Source: a virus
Taxonomy: Duplodnaviria; Caudoviricetes
IMG/VR virus record: IMGVR_UViG_3300021255_005861
Location: 32,001 to 96,000 of that record
Reading direction: 5' to 3' (one strand)
Length of the DNA: 64,000 nt
Below are positions 1 through 9,255 of the stretch, in pieces (within the stretch, counting starts at the first letter, position 1; each line of letters begins with the position of its first letter). Below the pieces are notes generated by a model. That model saw only the letters and a list, made by a program, of their open reading frames with translations, did not search any database and was not told the origin of the DNA. The position numbers were made by a program, and so were the translations under genes.

Positions 1-312
1 CTCAATATTACCGCCCGCATGGTGGACAGTATCGACAACCTCTCCTTCCGCCTCGACGCCATCGACAACGCCCTCGGACAGCGCAATTTGGACGAGATGT
101 CCCCGCAGGAGCTCATCGCGATGTTCAACCAGGCCCGCGACTCCTTCAGGCTCCGCCAGGACTTCCTCAAGGCCCTCTCGGGCTACGAGGCCGATACCTC
201 CAAGGTGCCCGTGGACACCGACGTGGACGGCAGGGACAACTCCGTGTCCGAGGAGGACGCGGAACGTATCAAGGCACAAATACTAGGCCAAGAGGTGAAA
301 CATGAGAATTAA
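1..312 (+). CDS. hypothetical protein, probably 5'-truncated by the window edge
   Basis: Frame open from base 1 to the stop at 312; codon usage like other phage genes. Confidence 0.6.
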   Translation, partial: LNITARMVDSIDNLSFRLDAIDNALGQRNLDEMSPQELIAMFNQARDSFRLRQDFLKALSGYEADTSKVPVDTDVDGRDNSVSEEDAERIKAQILGQEVKHEN

Positions 313-805
313 GGTACACGAGAAGAACTCCCCCGAGACCGTCCAGTACTACAAGGACGTATGCGACCTGCTGTCGGGCACTTTCTCCGACTGCCGCATC
401 CGCAGCAACTTCCCGTTCCTGCTCATCGACGAGGGGCGATTCCCCTCCAAGGACGTGCTCGGCGACCAGTACTACGCCACGACCCGCCTCAAGACCAACG
501 ACCCGGTAGTGCGCCTGCAGGTCAATATGGGCCCGAAGCACGGGTTTATCAAGGAATTTGAAATCCATGGTACGCCCGAGGACATGGCCGAGGACATCGC
601 CCTGACCATCGAGGACAAGATGCCCGAGTTGTGGAAGCACTTTGACGAGGACTACGACGAGGCCATCAAGAAGCAGTTCGGGGGCCTCTACACACACTTC
701 TACGACAAGTACCTCGACGTTATTGAGGAGTACAAGAAGCAGATGATGCCCCCTTCCGATATCCGCAGGGAAGTGGACAAACTGATAGACAGGGATTCAG
801 ACTAG
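302..805 (+). CDS. hypothetical protein with MRIKVHE N-terminal tag
   Basis: 167-aa ORF, GAGG RBS, shares the M-x-I-x-V-x-E motif. Confidence 0.8.
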   Translation: MRIKVHEKNSPETVQYYKDVCDLLSGTFSDCRIRSNFPFLLIDEGRFPSKDVLGDQYYATTRLKTNDPVVRLQVNMGPKHGFIKEFEIHGTPEDMAEDIALTIEDKMPELWKHFDEDYDEAIKKQFGGLYTHFYDKYLDVIEEYKKQMMPPSDIRREVDKLIDRDSD

Positions 806-853
806 GAGGTAGACTCTAGTACGAGATAACATATATAAAGATGGATAAAGGTA

Positions 854-882
854 TTGCAAAAATGAAGTAGAATATGTATTTT
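854..882 (+). promoter_or_regulatory. sigma70-like promoter
   Basis: TTGCAA-N17-TATTTT immediately upstream of a structured non-coding region. Confidence 0.55.
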
Positions 883-883
883 A

Positions 884-1221
884 TATCAAGAAATCGCTGT
901 CCGTAAGATGCGAAACACGAGTTGGTGAATGTCGTAATTATGGCGAGGAGAACCCATCGCCGTCCAGCGTTTGAGTGTTAGCGGCAAGGGCAGGTAGAGT
1001 TTCTTGATACCGGCGATGCCCGCCGGGAATCAGCCCCGCAAGGGGCGCAACGCAACCCGAGATCGGGGCTCTGGCTTCTTCCGTAAGGATTAAGTGAAAC
1101 CCTGGTCGATGAAGGTCGATGAAGGTCGGTGTAGGCCGGAGCCCGCAAGGGCGAGGGCTACGCACCGGGCGGCTTGATAGGGAGCCGTTTGAATCAAGTG
1201 CCCGGTCTGACCGGCGCACCA
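884..1221 (+). ncRNA. candidate structured ncRNA of unknown class
   Basis: No credible ORF; 10-bp helix 884-893/1000-1009; hairpins with GCAA (1033-1046, 1141-1152) and GTAA (1080-1089) loops; ends in CGCACCA. Confidence 0.55.
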
Positions 1222-1285
1222 TAATATAACCAAGTATGGGACAGCCTATACCTTCCTATACGTTTTATGAGGCAGATAACTGATA

Positions 1286-1414
1286 ATGGATAAGAGATTC
1301 TTTGCCGGGCTTAACCTGGCCGACGCGGTTGAGGGGCAGAACGTCCTGCCCATCCTGGAACTCGAAATCGAGACGGACTGCATCCTGGATGCAACCACGG
1401 GTCTCGCAATCTAG
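1286..1414 (+). CDS. small hypothetical protein (42 aa)
   Basis: ATG..TAG, MDKRFFAGLNLADAVEG...; below the ORF-track cut-off. Confidence 0.45.
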   Translation: MDKRFFAGLNLADAVEGQNVLPILELEIETDCILDATTGLAI

Positions 1415-1426
1415 ACGGTGGCGCGC

Positions 1427-2188
1427 ATGGAACCGACAATTTACAAACCGAGCGCGTACAAGACACCCGGAGTGTACAAGGGCGCGGGAGGCATATACAA
1501 CGGGCGCGGTATTTACAAGTATAACGAAAATGTAATAGTATATGAAGATTTATTGTTCTGCATGTACGGAAATAAAGAAAATTCTAGGTTTATTGCTGAT
1601 TATTCCGTAGGTCCATTATATTATAGTAACTACAATTCCGCGTTGTTACGAACGGCAGAAGTTAGAAAAGATGTGCTACCAATAGGCGAAGTACCTATAA
1701 TTTATTTGTATGATGTAAAATCAAATTTTGATTATTATACAGAAAATTTTGTATTTGATATAGACGGGTTTACAATTGATTTTTATATAAAAACTCCGTG
1801 GGCGTCTGGAACAGAACGTACAAAAATAGCTTTTCTAGGTTTACGAAATGCCTCAAACGTCCGGTCTGCTTTTATTTTTGGCCCTTTTGTCAACGGGATA
1901 TATTACAATCCTGGAACTGGTGGAAAAAATATAACTACGCAACAGGGCGCGGCAGGGTGGAATCATTGGGAATTGGACTTTGATACTAATACACGTTCAC
2001 TAACCTATTACTTAAATGGAGTACTTACAAAACAGGTTACAATTTCATTGAGTGATATAAAACAAATAGACTTGGCTGGTGTTTCTCTTGAATCCAATCA
2101 CCCTGAAACTTATGTTTCACAAGTGGCCATGTGGAAAAAGAAAATGAATGGAGCTTGTTTTCAAATGGGGAAATATTTTAACGTATAA
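1427..2188 (+). CDS. putative ConA-like/LamG lectin-domain virion or adhesion protein
   Basis: FTIDFYIK, GWNHWEL..D, YYLNG motifs; Gly/Tyr-rich N-terminus (PTIYKPS..YKGAGGIY); AT-rich body. Confidence 0.55.
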   Translation: MEPTIYKPSAYKTPGVYKGAGGIYNGRGIYKYNENVIVYEDLLFCMYGNKENSRFIADYSVGPLYYSNYNSALLRTAEVRKDVLPIGEVPIIYLYDVKSNFDYYTENFVFDIDGFTIDFYIKTPWASGTERTKIAFLGLRNASNVRSAFIFGPFVNGIYYNPGTGGKNITTQQGAAGWNHWELDFDTNTRSLTYYLNGVLTKQVTISLSDIKQIDLAGVSLESNHPETYVSQVAMWKKKMNGACFQMGKYFNV

Positions 2189-2346
2189 AACGCGAACCCC
2201 GCTCCAACAAGTGACGCGGAGCCCAACGATTCAAGTTGCTGGTTAGGTCGGCACAAAGAACATAGCGTTTAAATAGCACACTCCGTTACAGGACTATTTA
2301 ACGCGACCGGGTTTTTAAACGTGGCTCAAAAAGCTCGGAGTTTGTT

Positions 2347-2571
2347 CTATCCACGCCACACCACGGTGCGCTTGGCGGACTCTTTATGCTCCCACCTGTG
2401 CGCCAGCAGCCACACGGCGTCCTCCAGTTTATCGTACTCCAGCGGGGCTATAGCCTCGTATCCCACATACCCCCACACGCCGTGCCACCACAGCATCCAC
2501 ACCTGGGGACGATACATGTCCCCCACCTTCAGCACCCGCTTGGGCAGTTTCCGCATTAGCCAATTAGTCAT
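2347..2571 (-). CDS. hypothetical protein
   Basis: 74-aa ORF in the minus-strand gene array. Confidence 0.55.
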   Translation of the reverse strand: MTNWLMRKLPKRVLKVGDMYRPQVWMLWWHGVWGYVGYEAIAPLEYDKLEDAVWLLAHRWEHKESAKRTVVWRG

Positions 2572-2733
2572 ACAGGTATCCTACATTTATTTTCAGTTTT
2601 GATTTCTTGAAGGTTTCGGGGCTATCCTTGCACATGGTCGCTATGCCACGTTCCGCCCCTTTTCGTGTCCTAAAAGATGATACGTGTATGAGAGAACCTC
2701 CGATACGCCAGTATACGTTATATATCTTTGTAT

Positions 2734-3045
2734 TCATAGTTCCTCCCCAAACGTATCCCGTATCAGTTGCCGTAACTCGTCCTTAGTGTCCACCACATAT
2801 GTCTCGACGTACGCATTTTGCAGAGTGCTCTTAATGAGAATGTCTTCGGAAATGCCATGCGAGTAGTTGTGGCATCCCCACGTCAAGCTGATATAATGCC
2901 CGTCGTGAAGCGTTGCATAGTCGATGTCCGGATATGCAGTCCATTCCCAGTCAGCCGGTATGTACTGGAGGCTACTATTGGCCACTACCTCACGACATAC
3001 TGATTCGAAGTCCTTCTCGGATATGTGGTGTATGTAGTTCACCAT
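2734..3045 (-). CDS. hypothetical protein
   Basis: 103-aa ORF overlapping the next gene. Confidence 0.65.
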   Translation of the reverse strand: MVNYIHHISEKDFESVCREVVANSSLQYIPADWEWTAYPDIDYATLHDGHYISLTWGCHNYSHGISEDILIKSTLQNAYVETYVVDTKDELRQLIRDTFGEEL

Positions 3046-3227
3046 TGCCGCTCCTTGGAGGCCACCTTGAAGGCTCTCTTCAGTTCATCGGCAAGTTCGT
3101 ACTCGTAGTTGCCGGACAGCCCCCCGTTAATCCGTATGTCCCCGCAGATCCGCATGAAGGAATCCTGGAATCGGTCGAAGTCGAAGTGCTCCTCGAATTC
3201 ATCGGGCAATTCTATTATAAGTTTCAT
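3039..3227 (-). CDS. hypothetical protein
   Basis: 62 aa, AAGGAGG RBS. Confidence 0.65.
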   Translation of the reverse strand: MKLIIELPDEFEEHFDFDRFQDSFMRICGDIRINGGLSGNYEYELADELKRAFKVASKERQW

Positions 3228-3248
3228 TTCGCCTCCTTGTCCATTACA

Positions 3249-3452
3249 TCATACCCCCAGCTTGTGTTCCTGGAACACCGCGTCTATGCGGCTGAACGCC
3301 ATAAGTACGAAGTTGGCGAAGTCCACCTCGGATAATGTCTCCACGTTGTAGCACGTTGGACAGTCCAGTTTCGCTATGAACTCCCGTGCCTGCTCCTCTG
3401 TGCTGAAGAAGCGCAGCATCTCTCTATCGTAGTATCTTACGCCGTATATCAT
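3249..3452 (-). CDS. hypothetical protein
   Basis: Start moved to MIYGVRYY (GAGGAGG RBS, ATGA overlap). Confidence 0.6.
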   Translation of the reverse strand: MIYGVRYYDREMLRFFSTEEQAREFIAKLDCPTCYNVETLSEVDFANFVLMAFSRIDAVFQEHKLGV

Positions 3453-3694
3453 TTTGCCTCCTCGCCCGATATCGGGGCGGTGGCTATGTCCATAGGCTGG
3501 TCGGTGTTGAGCAGGTAGTCCGCATAGGGGTACCGGTTGTCGAGCCAGTACGACTTCCCGCACCCGTCGCAGGCGTGCAGCCAGCAAAGGGGATCGCGGG
3601 ACATATCCGACCGTACGTACCGCAGGATAGCCCCGCAGTTGTCGCAGAGGGCTTCCTTGAGGATAGGGGTGCACCGGTAATACTTGGTTTTCAT
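3449..3694 (-). CDS. small zinc-ribbon protein
   Basis: CDNC and CDGC pairs; start MKTKYY. Confidence 0.6.
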   Translation of the reverse strand: MKTKYYRCTPILKEALCDNCGAILRYVRSDMSRDPLCWLHACDGCGKSYWLDNRYPYADYLLNTDQPMDIATAPISGEEAK

Positions 3695-4155
3695 TTCGCC
3701 ATCTCCTTGTAGTGCTTTGCAAGTTCTAGCCAACGCTTGTGCCACTTTTCATAAAAAGAAAATTTTGGATTGCACTCAGGCGGACAAGTTGTCATAACAC
3801 CATAGCGATCCGCTATACCTGAAATCATATATCCATTTTTAATAGCATCTACCTTATCCTTGTACCACTTCGCCATCGCCATGCACCGCTTGTACTTACT
3901 ATGACCTAGAGCATCAACAGCATTATTAAAATTTATAGCCATACTCCTATCTCTAAGGAGTAACTCTGTAACTTTATCCTTCAATTGGTCTATCTCTTTT
4001 TCCAATTCCGCAATCACCTTGTCGGCTTCACGTTTCAAATAGACCGCAGTCTGCATATCTTCGGGGCGAGCCTCGTCAAGCGACATTGTTTCAATGTCAT
4101 AGACCAACGGCACAAGCCCTCGGTATTTTTCAAGAGCCTTTGCTACTTCATCCAT
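3691..4155 (-). CDS. hypothetical protein
   Basis: 154 aa; shares YLKxEADKVIAEL with its neighbour. Confidence 0.7.
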   Translation of the reverse strand: MDEVAKALEKYRGLVPLVYDIETMSLDEARPEDMQTAVYLKREADKVIAELEKEIDQLKDKVTELLLRDRSMAINFNNAVDALGHSKYKRCMAMAKWYKDKVDAIKNGYMISGIADRYGVMTTCPPECNPKFSFYEKWHKRWLELAKHYKEMAK

Positions 4156-4507
4156 TACTAACCTCCTTTGGAGCAGATGGCATAGGCATCCAATACGCTA
4201 CACCATAGGAATAAAATGAAAAGTCCATCTTTTGTCGGTCTTTACAATATGTCCATTTGTCAGCGTTCCTGAAACCACTTGAGCCGCAAATGATGTAGTA
4301 TCCTTCCTCGTTAGGCTTTTCATCTGGGAACTTTCTCCAGCGCTGTTCTTCTTTCAGTTCAGCAATCACCTTGTCGGCTTCAGACTTGAGGTAGAACAGG
4401 TTATCATCCAAGTGAAGGTCGTCTATATCACCAGCCTCACGCTCAACTTGCTCTACTGCCCAGTAGATTCGCTCACTGTTAAATGGTTTCAGGTCGTTCA
4501 TTTCCAT
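4148..4507 (-). CDS. DUF551-like protein
   Basis: WRKFPDEKP ... VAYWMPMPSAP signature. Confidence 0.7.
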   Translation of the reverse strand: MEMNDLKPFNSERIYWAVEQVEREAGDIDDLHLDDNLFYLKSEADKVIAELKEEQRWRKFPDEKPNEEGYYIICGSSGFRNADKWTYCKDRQKMDFSFYSYGVAYWMPMPSAPKEVSNG

Positions 4508-4603
4508 TCTTCCTTTATTTCTACTTTCACGTGTTCTTCATTTAACGAAGGGGCAAGGAGTCTTACGGCGAATGTTGAAAATTTGTTTAACGCATATTTT
4601 CTT

Positions 4604-6058
4604 GTGAACTACCCACAGCCTAAAAGGCTGTGAGCTTCGAGTTTTCGCTTCGACGGAGCCACTTGTACTAACCCAGCAGAACTGGGAAGCATAGAGGAGG
4701 CTACCTCAGCGGAGGCGTGTTCCACGCACTCAGCACGTTTAGTCGTGCCAAACAAAAGTACATTACAGGCGGAATGCCAGTCTCTGGGCTTGGTGTATCC
4801 GCAATCACAATGATATGTGCGTTCATCCAACCCAATCTGATTGACTGCACCGCATACCGGACACATCTTGGTTGTCGGCAACCACTTTGACAGCACGAAT
4901 GCACGGTCTGCCTTGGCCAGCATCTTAATGCGCTGTTTAAGGGCACCCATGCAAGAGTGCTGGACTTGCTTGCCGAACCACGTCTGGTGCCAGTTATTGA
5001 TTTGCTCGTCCTGTATGTAGATGACATCGTAGTTGGACACAAGGTCGTGGTAGATTTTGTTGCAGATGTCCTTGCGGACATTCGCAACATGTTCATGCTC
5101 ACGGGCAAGCTGCTTCCTACAGTTCCATCGCCGCTTGGAGTCCTTCTCTTTCTTGTGCCTGTTTAGCATCTTGCTCAGGTACTTCAGGTACTCGGTTTCT
5201 TGCACTTTGCAATCGTAGGTCTTGTTGTCCGATGTCGTTATCGTGTTCTTAATGCCGAAGTCCAGTCCGACACTCTTGCGGGTGCGGTTCCTCGGTTCCT
5301 TCGGTAGCATTACGCTAATCTTTACGTAGTAGCCAGATGCCTTCCTGATTAGCTTGGCATCGGCTATCTCATATTCCTCAAACTCTATCTGATGCAACCC
5401 GTTCACCTTCAGCTTCCTGAATCCAGGAATTGTGATGTGGCTTGCATCCAGAATCTTCGTAAAACCCGTAATGATGGGGATGCAGTTCACTTCCGACTTG
5501 AACTTCAATGCACCAACCTTGATTCCTTTCTTCTTGGCTTTTGCAAGGTTGATGATGTCTGTCTTCTTCTGTGCCACGGTAGCTCTATGGAGCACTGATG
5601 GCAAAGTAATCGGTGAATTGACCGGTTTCTTGTCCTTGTCGTAGTGGACTACATCCTTGTGCTCGGTGTACTTGTAATCGAACATGCTGTTGTCTGGGTT
5701 ATCTTTCGACAAGGACAGCATGTCGTTGACTACCCACTTAGCTTCCTTGAAACATTGGGCCAGCTTCTCGAACACCGATTTCGGGTTGTGCCGTATAGAA
5801 ACTTTAAGCTCGAATACTCGGCATATCTGCGACTTACGACGGGCATGGGTCTCAGCCATGCTCGCCTTAATCCTTGCCTTCGTATCTTCGCTTCTTACCA
5901 GTTCCATATCAAGTTTCTTGACTATACTTATAGTTTAGACGGTTTACTCAATAAATATATCTATTTTTAACGGGTATGAAATGTTATTTATTTCTTACAT
6001 TTGCTATCGGCGGGTCTTACCCACGCCCTAAAGGGCGTGAGCTTGCGACCGCCTATTT
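4604..6058 (-). mobile_element. IS200/IS605-family TnpB-only (IS1341-like) element
   Basis: Related subterminal hairpins at 4611-4637 and 6019-6044; right end GGGTAGTTCAC; TTGAC next to the left end; no tnpA. Confidence 0.8.
4609..5907 (-). CDS. tnpB: TnpB RNA-guided nuclease-like protein
   Basis: VGLDFGIK (RuvC-I), TTKMCPVCG...CDCG zinc finger, RDWHSACN (RuvC-III). Confidence 0.9.
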   Translation of the reverse strand: MELVRSEDTKARIKASMAETHARRKSQICRVFELKVSIRHNPKSVFEKLAQCFKEAKWVVNDMLSLSKDNPDNSMFDYKYTEHKDVVHYDKDKKPVNSPITLPSVLHRATVAQKKTDIINLAKAKKKGIKVGALKFKSEVNCIPIITGFTKILDASHITIPGFRKLKVNGLHQIEFEEYEIADAKLIRKASGYYVKISVMLPKEPRNRTRKSVGLDFGIKNTITTSDNKTYDCKVQETEYLKYLSKMLNRHKKEKDSKRRWNCRKQLAREHEHVANVRKDICNKIYHDLVSNYDVIYIQDEQINNWHQTWFGKQVQHSCMGALKQRIKMLAKADRAFVLSKWLPTTKMCPVCGAVNQIGLDERTYHCDCGYTKPRDWHSACNVLLFGTTKRAECVEHASAEVASSMLPSSAGLVQVAPSKRKLEAHSLLGCG

Positions 6059-6142
6059 GTCAAACGCCGATATCAGTTCCTCGTGGTTCATTCCCGTCCA
6101 TTTCACGGCCTTTACGGCCATATTTTTAGTATGCACTACCAT
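6053..6142 (-). pseudogene. gene fragment truncated by the IS insertion
   Basis: MVVHTKNMAVKAVKWTGMNHEEL... reads into the IS left end and stops one codon later. Confidence 0.45.
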
Positions 6143-6144
6143 CC

Positions 6145-6381
6145 CTACCCCCGTAGCCTTCTAAGCCCGTACAGCGCGATCCAAAGGGCGTAGATGAGCA
6201 GCCCGATGAGGCACCACCCGGCGCAGGGGATCTGGAGCACCACATACGCCTTCTGCCACCCCATGAAACCCGATATGGCCAGCAGGACGAAGAAGATGAC
6301 GCACCACCCGAAGGCGCCTCGGAGGAGCTTCTCGAAATCCCCGTCCGTCACTTTACCACCTCCACGGCGCTCTCGGTGCAC
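6145..6381 (-). CDS. small membrane protein
   Basis: Two hydrophobic segments; true start probably GTG near 6351. Confidence 0.55.
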   Translation of the reverse strand: MHRERRGGGKVTDGDFEKLLRGAFGWCVIFFVLLAISGFMGWQKAYVVLQIPCAGWCLIGLLIYALWIALYGLRRLRG

Positions 6382-6563
6382 ACGTGCGCCTGGTAGCCCG
6401 TATATACGAGTATCCCGAGCAGGAGTGCGAGCAGCACCCCCATGAGGGCTATGTATGCGTTCATTATGCGTTTCTCGCGCTCTATCGTGCCTATGGCGAA
6501 GTCGGTTATCCGCTTGGTTTCCTCCGCCAGTTCGTTGATTGCCTTGATGTTCTCGTCCGTCAT
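6348..6563 (-). CDS. small membrane protein
   Basis: MTDENIKA..., one TM segment, GGAGG RBS. Confidence 0.6.
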   Translation of the reverse strand: MTDENIKAINELAEETKRITDFAIGTIEREKRIMNAYIALMGVLLALLLGILVYTGYQAHVCTESAVEVVK

Positions 6564-7063
6564 TTGGCCTCCTTGTGCTCCTCCACGAACTGGAGGAAAT
6601 ATTCCTTTACCAGTTCCATGTACCCTGCCGTGAACTCCAAAGGCACCATCCCGAGCGATATCCTTCCGCTCTTGGCGTAGTACGTAGCCGAGTAGTTCTC
6701 GTCCCCCTTCTTCACGAACATCCACAGCTCGCGGGGGTCGTCCCCGTGCATTATCACGGACATATCGTCGTCCCGGTACGCTATCTCGGCGCAGGCCGCG
6801 TCGTATATCGCCTTGACCGCCTTGATGATCAACGGCTTGAGGGCTCCGTATATCTCGTCATCTGTGACGTCGTAGCACTTCTTTCCCGTCACGACCTCGT
6901 AGTGCTGCTCACTGTATACCCGGATGAGTACGATGGGGCGGGTGTCGTTCCACCTGTAGCGGTACGAGAGGTAGTCCTTCCCGTTGTGGTTGACGTCGGG
7001 GACGAGGTCCGTGGTGTTCAGCGCCTCGGATATGTCCTTTATGATGGTCTCGGGGGTAATCAT
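6560..7063 (-). CDS. hypothetical protein
   Basis: Start MITPETII, GGAGG RBS. Confidence 0.7.
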   Translation of the reverse strand: MITPETIIKDISEALNTTDLVPDVNHNGKDYLSYRYRWNDTRPIVLIRVYSEQHYEVVTGKKCYDVTDDEIYGALKPLIIKAVKAIYDAACAEIAYRDDDMSVIMHGDDPRELWMFVKKGDENYSATYYAKSGRISLGMVPLEFTAGYMELVKEYFLQFVEEHKEAK

Positions 7064-7211
7064 TTGCGCTCCTCCCAGTGGTTGGGCTCGCCGCCCTTCG
7101 AGTTGGCCTCCCACGTGCTCTTGTGGTTCTGTAGGAGTTCCTGCAGGCGTGGGTCCAGCGCCATGCGGTACACGCTGGGGCGTTCTTTCGGTAACTCTAT
7201 GTATTCTTCGC

Positions 7212-7553
7212 TCATTGTTTCAACCTCGCAGTTATAGTTATCTCCATGGCAGGCATAGTGATGCCGGTGCCCTTGCAGTACCTCTTGAGGAAGCGGTAGT
7301 CGATGGCCCCGATACCTCTGCCTATGCTTAGCCTGCGCATCACGTCGTCGTAGCGTTCCTTCTGCGAGGCATAGTGGGCGGAGCGCACGGGCTTCTCCAC
7401 CACGGACACCTTCTCGTGCGCTATCCCGTGCTTCTTGCAATAGCGGAGGTAGAACTGGTAGTCTGCGCTCGACAGCCCGGTAGACCCGGACGTGAGGATG
7501 TTGCGGATTTCCTCGTAGCGGGTAATCGTATTTCGGGTGAATGACTTTTCCAT
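7212..7553 (-). CDS. hypothetical protein with internal duplication
   Basis: DYQFYLRYCK / DYRFLKRYCK repeats; start set at MEKSF, outside the repeat array. Confidence 0.6.
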   Translation of the reverse strand: MEKSFTRNTITRYEEIRNILTSGSTGLSSADYQFYLRYCKKHGIAHEKVSVVEKPVRSAHYASQKERYDDVMRRLSIGRGIGAIDYRFLKRYCKGTGITMPAMEITITARLKQ

Positions 7554-7577
7554 AGTTACTCTATAGCAGACCCTTGG

Positions 7578-7792
7578 TATCAAATGTGCATAACGTTTGA
7601 TATCGGGTTTTATCAAATGTGCTTGCCGTAATTATTATCAATTATCAAATGTGCTTACCGCTTTCATTATCGCTTTATCAAATGGACATAACGTTTTGAT
7701 AATAGTAATTTCAAATGTGCATAACGTTTGATAACTCCTATTATCACATGGGCATAACGTTTTGATATTGGGGATTATCAAATGTGCTTATC
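7578..7792. repeat. 7-copy ~33-bp periodic array (TATCAAATGTGC core)
   Basis: Copies start at 7578, 7611, 7643, 7676, 7709, 7742 and 7776; four extend to the inverted repeat TATCAAA-N11/12-TTTGATA. Confidence 0.9.
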
Positions 7793-7802
7793 ATTTCCGT
7801 TA

Positions 7803-7985
7803 TCACTTCCCGAAGTAGCACAGCACCGACCTGCCCATGAAGTAGAGCAGGTAGAGTACCGCGGGGATGTACACGGCCAGTACGGCAATGGCCATAACGG
7901 GCTTTTGCACGGACTCGGCTATGCGGTCGCAGAACACGATGCACAGGTAGGCCGTGAGCGCCAGGGCTATCTCGTTCAGGCTCAT
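7803..7985 (-). CDS. small membrane protein
   Basis: 60 aa, two TM segments. Confidence 0.6.
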   Translation of the reverse strand: MSLNEIALALTAYLCIVFCDRIAESVQKPVMAIAVLAVYIPAVLYLLYFMGRSVLCYFGK

Positions 7986-8272
7986 GCTCCCTTCAGTGCC
8001 TTCCGCACCCTGCAGTGGATGTCGAACGGCAGGTCGGGGTCCATGCCCGACGGGAAGGGGCTATAGTAGCCGATCCGGTAGTAGAGGTCGGGGTGCTTCC
8101 ACCCGAGGGTACGCCAACGCTCCTGGACCGCTATGGCCAATGCAACGGCAATGGTATCCACGTCGTCCGCGGACGGGGCGTTAATGGTACTGTAGGGCAG
8201 CGTGTAGGTCACGTCACCAGTATCGCTGTCCTTTATCTCGTAGTAGAAGATGTGCGAGTTGTCGATTATCAT
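7982..8272 (-). CDS. hypothetical protein
   Basis: 96-aa ORF, GGAG RBS. Confidence 0.6.
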   Translation of the reverse strand: MIIDNSHIFYYEIKDSDTGDVTYTLPYSTINAPSADDVDTIAVALAIAVQERWRTLGWKHPDLYYRIGYYSPFPSGMDPDLPFDIHCRVRKALKGA

Positions 8273-8838
8273 GGGGATATCTCCGTTTGTAGGGGGGTGT
8301 AGAGTATGCTATGGCGATGCGTTCCTGCCATACGCGTTCCTCTAGGGCATATGCGACACGGCACCGACGGTCCGCCCTGCGGGCGTAGTGGGCGCTCCCT
8401 GGGTGGCAGGATGCCTCCATGCGGGCAATCCAGGCGTCCTTCGAGGCCTCTAAAAATACTTGTTTCAGGGTGTATATCTTCTTTTCCATATCGGTTGCGA
8501 ACTGGGCTTACTGTTTTAATTCCTCGTTTTTCAGCCCTTTTAAATATTCCGGATGTTTTGACAAAACTTCAACCTCGTGCTTTTCCTTCTCTTCTTGGGA
8601 CAAGAACGCGTCGTACGGGTCGCAAGCTGCCCAGTATTGTTCATAACTAGAGTTCATACTAACCTCCACCGTTAAATTCTAGATTCCCCCGGTTCGAAAA
8701 TCACACAAGTCGGCATAAACCGTAACGTTGCTGCCGTCGTTGTACTGTTCCATAGGTAAATGCCTCCAGGACACGTCTTCGTGTAGCACTTGACAACCCT
8801 CCTGCCGTCGGGCGTGGTTTGAACTATTCCGGTTTTCG

Positions 8839-9204
8839 TCACTTCTCGCCTCCCCAGTGGAGCAACTCGCGAACGTAGGAGCAGCGGACATTCGCGTGTT
8901 CCTCGCACATGCCGCAGTAGTAGCGTGCGTCTCCGGCTTCGTACTCCGCCGGCTTATTACACCCCGCAACGAAGCAGGTGTCCCCGGCATACTGGGGCTT
9001 CTTGCGCGCGTCACGGTATGCTTGGTATGCAGGAAAGGGTATCTCGTGTACGCGGACAACTTCCGCACGCAGTCTTTCCAGATCGTCCTCGGACAGGGCG
9101 TTGAAGGAGTCGTATTGGTCCTGGAACGGGATTTTCCGAAGTTCCGCTAGTTTCGGTGAGGTCATTCGTCGTATCTCTAGTTCACTACTGGTCTTGATTT
9201 TCAT
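8839..9204 (-). CDS. hypothetical Cys-containing protein
   Basis: CFVAGC...CGMC motif. Confidence 0.65.
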   Translation of the reverse strand: MKIKTSSELEIRRMTSPKLAELRKIPFQDQYDSFNALSEDDLERLRAEVVRVHEIPFPAYQAYRDARKKPQYAGDTCFVAGCNKPAEYEAGDARYYCGMCEEHANVRCSYVRELLHWGGEK

Positions 9205-9255
9205 AGGGAGGTTTCCTTTTGTGGGTTGTCAATGGTTTCCTTAGTGGATCGAAGG

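Noticed and set aside
884-1221. tmRNA, RNase P RNA or hammerhead ribozyme
   Set aside because: No GGGG 5' acceptor strand with T-arm, no GAGGAAAGUCC, no CUGAUGA core; kept as an unknown RNA.
7578-7792. CRISPR array
   Set aside because: The ~33-bp period leaves no room for unique 30-bp spacers, the repeats are degenerate, and there is no cas operon.
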